From: Zygophlyctis sp. KS116
Lineage: Eukaryota > Fungi > Chytridiomycota
Reading direction: 5' to 3'
Length of the DNA: 32,000 nt
Assembly: GCA_054661495.1 (NCBI GenBank)
Contig: BAAFSQ010000038.1
Coordinates: forward strand, 1-32,000
Every line of letters starts with the position of its first letter. Position 1 is the first letter of the stretch. A program made the translations under genes and the position numbers. Under the pieces are notes generated by a model, which had not been told where the DNA came from, did not search any database, and saw nothing but the letters and a program-made list of their open reading frames with translations. Positions 24,801 through 32,000 of the stretch are shown in pieces.

Positions 24801-27800
24801 TTTATGCTAAGAATTTGCTCCGAAAGAGTGGCACTATTATTCCGAAATGTTTGTACAAAATATCTACTGAAGGTCAACCTATCAGTTATAAACTAGCTGA
24901 TCCTGTGATGTATGATACAAATGCTGGTAGTGTTTTCTGTGGGCTCGCATTATCATACAGCGCTCTCGTGGAGGTTACAATAATTTTTTCACCGATCGTA
25001 TTTTTCCCTTCAAGCGCTTTGTTTGGTGAAATTATTCGTAATCCTTTCGATTATGGGATAAAGCAACTAACAGCTGTTCCTTCTATTCGTATTTTTGGTC
25101 CAGCCCCAAAAATGATATCTGCTGAATTGGATATTTCAACCTATTCGGTTAACGTAGGGTTTTCTTATCCTTTCGATATGGTTCAGACAATAGTCGATTC
25201 TGTTTCGAATTCAACAAAATACATCACACTTGGCTCTTCGACGTACTGTAACAAAGTTTTCAATGCTGCTCCATTTGGTATTTATGGATCTGGATTACTC
25301 TCTATAAAAGCGGAAGATTGCAAAGCCACAAAAGTAGGCAGTCGGACTCTAGTTTTAACTTTTTCAAGATCTTTTCTATTAGGGAACGGTCGATATGTAA
25401 TTCGCCCAGGAAACCGTTTGGTACAATTACCAAACTCCATAAAGTATTTTGGTGCATTTTTTTCAGAAATGTCTAACTCTAATATTAAAGTAACTGGTCC
25501 TTCTTTGGTCACTATTCCTTACATTTCAGGGACTATCGATGAAAAAGTCGGAATATGCAATAATTTACAGATTGATTTGCAATCTACAATGGCTAAAGCC
25601 GTGCTTCCTCTTAAAGAACTATCCATATCACTATCTCCAAAATCTGTAGGGCTCCTAAAAAGAAGTACAGCACCTTCCTCTAATGGTCAATCACCTTCAG
25701 TCCCTGCCGTTAACGCTGTAGCTGACCCATTGCCTTCAAGTAATGGTATTATTTCACCAACCGATAATTTAACTATTGATGATATAAATGTTGCGATTCA
25801 GAAACAAGCAGTACACATTATTGAAAATGGTGCTAAACCAGTCATTAGTATGCTAGCAAGTAAACTGAATGGGCTAGCTTTTGGATCTTATGATGTTCGC
25901 CTCACTGCCACAGACTTTCTTGGTGGAAAAAATGTCACTGTTCTATCATTCACCAGAACAAGCGATGTGATTCCAATACTTAGCGTATATGGTCCACCTG
26001 GAAATGCTCTTACCAATCAAGGAATTGTCATTTATTCAAAGGTTGAACAAGTAGATTCTTCAAACCCGAATTGTCTCATTCCTGGAAATTATCAATTTGA
26101 ATGGAAATTTTATGGAAAAACGAGCTCTAAAAAAATCCCATCAAGTAGTGTGTCCTCGCTCTCTATACCTCAATACTCATTGCTACCAAATGAAAAATAT
26201 TCTGTTTATGTTTCAGCAACCAGTGGATCCAAAAGTGTTTCCAAATGGTATAATTTTACAACTGCTTTAGACACTATTCAAGTTACCGCAGGATCAGCTC
26301 GCACTGTAGGTGTATCTCAGAGTTTAGTTTTGGAGCCAACAATCATTGATATCTCATACCGGCCAAATACTTTTACAAATTTTACATGTTTATGGACATG
26401 TTCATCAGCTTCCGGTATTTGCATGAATCTGAAAACGTCAAGTCCCATTGTTTTGACTTCCTGTAAATTAAATATCACTCGTAGTCTATCAATAGGGAAC
26501 TATGTTTTTGGTATCACAGTTACTAACGCAATTACAGGCGCTATTGGTGTATCGCGAAATGTATCGATTACAGTCCAGGGTACTTCATTACCTCTTTTTA
26601 CTGTCAATCCTTCCAAATTGATAACTTCAGCTCTAGATCCTGCCTTCCAAATAATCGTAAAAGTTGATAGCACTTCGGTTTCCTCGGTCAAAAATGTCCG
26701 GTATAATTGGCGCTCAGTGTCTGAATGCCTTTCAGGAGATTCATCCATTCCTGTTGACTTAACAAAAAGTGAAAATTTTGCAGTATTTCCCATTACTAAC
26801 ATTGTAAAATTTTCGCGAACTGGGCTGCAGGCAGGAGCCACATATTGTTTACAGGTTCAGATTGTTGATGGATCTATTCAAACCAATTATACTGAGGTGC
26901 AGTTCTCGGTCTTGAATAGACCATCTAATGGAGTTTGCGTTCCAAGTAGCTTTTCTGTTGCTGAATTTTCGACTCTGACCATATCATGCTCAGGCTGGAC
27001 CACAGATTTGCTCTCATATCCTCTTTTTTACAGTATCATGTTGAAAAAGTCAACCGAATCAATTTACCGTTTAGCTTCTTTAAATTCTCTAGATTCGTTT
27101 GTGGATTTGAAACTGGCAGAAGGTACTTATAATTTCAAAGTTTCTATAAATGATGCCTTTAAAGCTGTACCGGATGATTTTTCGATCCCAAGATTTAATA
27201 TTACTGTGCAAAGATCTACATCTTATGCAGCTGCGGTGGGCTTGGCACAATCACTTCTCACTTCTGGTAAAACCGATCTATTAAAAAATGGAGATGTATC
27301 AGGTTACATATCTACACTTTCTGCCATTGCGGAGATCGGATTTGGAAATATACTATCTGACGCTGGTGCTCAAAGTCTTCAAAAAGATTTTATTTCTAAT
27401 CTTGATTTCCTTACTGATTCTGGCTTCGTTGCATTAGATGATGAAGGAACCGCTATGATAGCCTCAAAATTAGGATCTGCGATAGGTGATCAATGTGCCA
27501 TCCCTGATTCAAACTCTGCTGCAGCATCAAATACTTTGTTCAAGCTCATGAACAAGGCAAAGATTAGTACGGCTAGCAATGGTGGCGGCTTGACTGCGAA
27601 CAGTTTGGATAGTTTAGTGGGATCTTTGGACAATTTACTATGTACCGCATCAGATAGCTCCTCGCATAGAGATGCTGTTTCCCAAAACTTGAATAGTTTT
27701 GTATTTAATGTTGCCCAAAGCGCCCTTGGAACTGCGGTTTGTGGGGAAGTAGCCTATTCTACTAGTAGGGATAGTTTTTCGATTTCAGCTGGTGTTGGAG

Positions 27801-28591
27801 TTGAAGATGCTTCTTCTTTCGGATCTTTTTCATTTCCAGTTTTAGATACTACGTCTTTGGCTCCTGGTGGTTGCCCTCCTTATGTTATGGGAACCAAAAA
27901 GTCAAACATATTCTCTAAATTGAACTCTGCCATTTCATTGAAAAGTAAGATTAACCAGATGTCTTTCTTGAAGGAATCCACATTTGAAAAAGCAAATCCT
28001 AGTTCAGCTGAAGTAGAATTTACAATCGATGTACAAAATGGTACCATTCCTATCTGCTCTTGGATCAAATATTCAGATTCAACAGATAATATCAAAGATG
28101 CATCTGTTTCAAGTGATGGCTGTAAAGTTAAGAGCACAGCTCAGAATGGAAATACACTAAGTGTTACTTGTCAATGTTCTCATTTGACTGATTTTGTTGT
28201 AGCAGCCAATCTCGTAATTTCTGGTGCACAACCAACGTCACCTGAAACCTCTCCAACCTCTCCAACCCCTCAAACTACGAATACTGCTGCCTCTTCAAGT
28301 TCTAGTTTGGGCGCTGGAGCTATCGCAGGAATAGTAATTGGATCTCTTTTATTGATTGGTCTGATTGTAGGCGGTGTCATACTACGCTCAAGACGCCGTC
28401 CCTCCCCATATAGAGTTCCAACAGTGAGTGGTGTAGAAAAGGGAGAAATGCCAGCACTGTCACCTACTCCAAAAAAGTCTCAGGAAGCTGGGGATTCTGA
28501 TGTAGAATCTGGGAAAGATGAAGCTCCAAAGGTAGAAAAACAGAAGAAGGAGAAAAAGCAGAAGAAAAAGAAGAAGAAATCACAAAAGTAG
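21815..28591 (+). CDS. Giant TM-EGF-GT-B(degenerate)-GT2-REJ-GAIN/GPS-TM protein, paralog 2 (~2211 aa)
   Basis: ATG 21815. Introns 21977-22004, 22033-22062, 22367-22395, 22703-22729 and 23268-23294 give 6636 nt in frame. TM LLYIIFIFVTLATTIILY; EGF CSSNG..CLCDLGYTGKSC; same GT2 as paralog 1; REJ-like PSNGVC..CSGW..YPLFYSI; GPS CSW..DGC..CQCSHLTDF; TM GAIAGIVIGSLLLIGLIVGGVIL; polybasic tail. Confidence 0.88.
23403..24054 (+). repeat. Second copy of the 652-bp identical GT2 block
   Basis: Identical to 16663-17314. Confidence 0.95.
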
Positions 28592-28600
28592 TTTTTTCAA

Positions 28601-29318
28601 TTAATAAAACTGCTGTCCTTGTATTCTTTGGGCTAGTTCCTTTGAGAGTTTATCCTTTGAAATTTGGTCCAAATCATAAACCTGGTATTAAATAATGATG
28701 ACATACCGATGTAATAAATCGAATGAGACTTTCTGGTGGCACTTCCAACTTTGACCTTTGGCCCCATGTATAGAGAGGAGATTCGAAATCTGGGGATGTT
28801 TCTTTTTCCAAGTAATTTTGCTTGACCATGACTCCTAGGTATGCACTTAAAGATGAAGCCGGAATGGATTCATCATTTAAATAAGTGTCATCAATATGAA
28901 GATCACTTAGAATACTTAACAGCGTATCGTGAGTTATAGAATGATTACTTCCAAAGATTATTACAAGAATAATCATATGCAAAACATCCCTTGGATCTGT
29001 CTTCAAGAGAGATTTATCTAAAAGCGTCGAAATCATTATCCATGTTTTCTTCTCAGTCACAGTCAATAATCGCATACTAAAGACCCGCTCCAAGTATTCA
29101 TTCGCCCTATTGAATATAACTGCAAAGGCCTTTGTATGACCACCAGCTATTCTAATGAGTAATTGACGGATACCTTTCTTTGTCAAGTCTTCTTTCCGTA
29201 TCAGCGCCTTTCTTGTGAGGCAAAAGAGTGCGAATCTCACCATTGATGAGACGGCTTTATCCATTTCAAATTCTGACATTGAATCAGCTGCTCTTACTGC
29301 CGCTGCGTCAGATTCCAT
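28601..29318 (-). CDS. NSE3: MAGE-domain SMC5/6 subunit NSE3
   Basis: MVRFALF..IRKEDL..F..AN..LE.VF.M.L, ..VKQNYL..YTWGQRSKLE. Probable introns 29147-29173 (27 nt, in frame) and 28682-28706 (25 nt); TAA at 28601-28603. Confidence 0.85.
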
Positions 29319-29332
29319 ATAATTTATTACTA

Positions 29333-31543
29333 TTAACGTAAACTAGCAAACGACCCTAACAATTGATTCTTTTTCCTCTTGTCCTTGTTAGAATATGTCG
29401 ATAAATGAGTGTCATCAGCTTCCGCCTTGTTATGCAAAGTAAGCGAATTCCCAGATCCAGGAGTTTTACCCTTGTATTTCTCTAATAGGCTGGCAGTTGT
29501 ATGGATAGATTTTCTATCATAATATGTATCTGTGCATTATTATTTTTAAGAATTACCTTCTCTAGATGGTTCATTATTGAAAGCTCTGGGGTTCCGGTTC
29601 ACTCGTCTTTCTTCCATTTTTCGAGCTTTAGATTTAGTTATCATTTATTACCTTGATCGATAATTGCTTTTCCTTCTTCCACATCTGGATGATCATTTGT
29701 AAGAACCGCATATTCCTTAAGCCGCAGCAAAACTAAAATTCGATTGTGAAGGTGGAACAGAAATATGAATGATATAATGAAAATAGAGTAAGGTAGCCAA
29801 TCATTATAACTGTCACCGAAAAGAGGTGTTAGTTTTACTGCTGGACCTAGGTACTTAAAGTCGATATTTTCAAAAGTACCTGAATAAATGTTGGGAATCC
29901 TGAATTAACTTTTTCGGCAGGAACATCTGCCAAATTTATCATGTTTAAGAAGTTATAACATAGGGGAAATGTTAGACGGCTATAAAATTACGAACGAATA
30001 ATTACCACAGGTATCCTCCAACAAATAGTAGTGTAGGTTCGTCTGTATGATGCTCTGGAACCATTTGATAGAAATCCAAAATTTTAATTTTAAAAAGAGT
30101 TGAATATGTACAGATACACATGTACAATATAAAAGCCATGGAAATCATCTAAACATTAAAGAAAAAAAAGCACTTCAACTACAAACGGGCTGTCAATATT
30201 TTGAATAATTAATCCAGGAATCGAAAGGGAAATTGAAGTAATTTGAAAAGTACTTTCTGACCAAACCAGAATTATTGATGCCATCGCACAAATGCTACCG
30301 AGAAAATATAAAAAAGTAGGTTTAATCCAAATATAATACCACCAATCTATATTTAAGCCAAAATAATAGTCATTACATGCTTTTGACTGATGCTCTTTAT
30401 ACTTTCCTTCTGGGATGACAAAAAATAGTGATTGTAACTTTCTTTAAAGTTAGAAATATTAAAGAAATATGTACCTCTCACTACTTTTTTCATTTTCGAT
30501 TAGATCCTGGAAAAAAAAGGCACGCTGTAATAGAAACTGAAATCTCCTAAAGTATTAAATCATAAATCATACGCCTTATCCCGTTCAAAAGCATATAGTG
30601 CTCGTTTAAGCTTTGCATTCAATACCACCAAATAATTTTGAGTAATAATAGCTGGGACATCTTCAGCATCTGAATCTGAAGCTGTTCTTTCTTGTAATGC
30701 TAAAGGACATTTTTCCAAAAGCTTGTCAATTATTTTCCTAAAATGTTCTTCTTCTAAAGGTATCCTTCTTGAAGCTATCGCCAATTGCCTTGCAACATCA
30801 TATAACTCTGCTTCTGAATCTACAGTAGCCTCTTTTAATTTTGGGACTTTTGTTTCTAAAAGTCTTAAATGACGCCTTGGAGTTGCAGTATTAAAAATTG
30901 ATCTGGGAACTTCTACAATCCCATATCCCAACATAAACATTACCAAGAAAAGTCCATAAGAATTAGCAGCAGCAACACCAACACCAATTAATGATTCTCT
31001 AAAATTAATTAGCCTTATTCCTAATTACGCTTTTATATGTGATACAACAACTGCATAAAATATAAATACAGCCCCAACAGCCCCTAGTATAGCATAAAAT
31101 ATTAAGTTTTCCCTTATTGATGCCCAAAGTCTTCTCCAAAAAGTAAATTCACCTGATCTAAAATTAACAATATCCAGTTAATACCTGGTATAGCTTGACA
31201 TGATTGGAATCACAAACCAAGTTAAATTAAAAGATGTCCAATACACTATTTCCCAAAATATCGTTAAAAATCCCGTTGGAACATAACCAAGTGGCTCCTC
31301 ACATTGAATATTACCAGCAACACATTTATCAAATCTTGACTTTTGAAATTAATAATACTAAATTACCGATGTCAGATCCAGCGGTAGAATAAAAATGATT
31401 GTAAAAGGAAATAACCAAGCAATGAAGCAAGTTATTTGAACATACCAAGGAAATGTTTTTCTATTTCCATAATATAGTAGAACATTAGTAGCTACAGTTG
31501 CAAGCAATGTAAGAATAATGCTGAATACAATATAGTTTGTCAT
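29333..31543 (-). CDS. LMBRD2: LMBR1-family membrane protein (LMBRD2-like)
   Basis: W..PF..IFILPLDL, W.IVYWTSFNLTW..IP, RENLIFY, NSYGL..GYGIVEVPR, HHTDEPTLLFVG. At least 9 tiny introns, e.g. 31340-31366, 31158-31184, 30999-31028, 30547-30572, 30442-30474, 30347-30376, 30149-30173, 29980-30005. Stop at 29333-29335. Confidence 0.88.
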
Positions 31544-31657
31544 GGAAAATATTGAATATCTTGACTGACGTAAGTTTGGGAATGTCCGATCGTTAAAATT
31601 GAGCGCCCGATCGTTACTGATTAGGAGTAGACCTGTGCATAGATTTGCGCAAGAGAT

Positions 31658-32000
31658 ATGTTGAATTTAGAAATGGAAAGAGATTTGTTGGCATTCGAGA
31701 ATAGAATTCAGGCAAACTTTAGAAAAAACAAGAAAATCTCTTCAAAATACAAAATCTATTTTTGGTCTAGTATATTACTATTGTTATATATTTGTTTTAC
31801 AATTGGATTCCTTGATATCTCTGCAACGTCAAGATCATGGCACATTTTCATTGGAATTTTAACTGTTTTCATTCTATTTCTTTTAGCATCTCTTGGTATT
31901 TTAGGATCAAGACTCTCGAGTTCAAGTACATTTACATCAAGAATGAACAATTCTCTTAAACCATTTCATCTAGGAATAGGATCTAATGGATCTCTAGAAT
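31658..32000 (+). CDS. SPO7/CNEP1R1-like regulatory subunit of the Nem1/CTDNEP1 phosphatase (runs off the window)
   Basis: Open frame from ATG 31658 with no stop, so it is absent from the ORF track: MLNLEMERDLLAFENRIQ..KYK-TM-TM..FTSRMNNSLKPFHL..NGSLE. Matches the DL.AFE.RL..two TMs..R...L..FN pattern. Confidence 0.72.
   Translation, partial: MLNLEMERDLLAFENRIQANFRKNKKISSKYKIYFWSSILLLLYICFTIGFLDISATSRSWHIFIGILTVFILFLLASLGILGSRLSSSSTFTSRMNNSLKPFHLGIGSNGSLE

Noticed and set aside
15035-28591. Bacterial contamination or chimeric contig for the glycosyltransferases
   Set aside because: Both genes carry the same tiny spliceosomal introns as their neighbours, plus eukaryotic EGF, REJ and GPS modules
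28574-28591. C-terminal KKxx ER-retrieval signal in paralog 2
   Set aside because: The tail ends KKSQK with Ser at -3, so it fits neither KKxx nor KxKxx
31756-31950. Minus-strand ORF with an upstream in-frame TGA (possible recoding)
   Set aside because: The plus strand encodes a coherent SPO7/CNEP1R1-like protein here, so this is an antisense shadow

Overview
AT-rich, very gene-dense eukaryotic nuclear DNA, most likely from a zoosporic fungus (chytrid). The evidence is an EF-1alpha with the opisthokont insertion, a fungal rhodopsin-cyclase-type opsin, a probable ciliary CFAP92-like gene and MED25. Every intron I could resolve by hand is a 24-33 nt GT-AG intron, so the ORF track fragments nearly all genes. 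Splicing by eye gives about 18 genes: a GPI-type Cys/Thr repeat protein, REX3-like exonuclease, MRPL4, an EF-hand/CAP-Gly protein, TEF1, a secreted ankyrin protein, RPL13, RPS16, MED25, NDUFS5, CFAP92-like, an opsin, a CYSTM protein, two giant glycosyltransferase-REJ-GPS paralogs, NSE3, LMBRD2 and a SPO7/CNEP1R1-like gene. Two systems stand out. (1) A tandem pair of ~2200-aa doubly membrane-anchored proteins join an EGF + degenerate GT-B + intact GT2 glycosyltransferase to a polycystin-1-like REJ-GAIN/GPS ectodomain. A conserved Kex2-type KR site lies at the junction, the paralogs share a 652-bp identical GT2 block, and both promoters carry CRE + CGCG motifs. (2) A stand-alone 8-TM RhGC/NeoR-type rhodopsin has no cyclase, an N-terminal Cys-rich motif, and His at the helix-G counterion position. 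All family calls come from motif recognition by eye; no searches were run.
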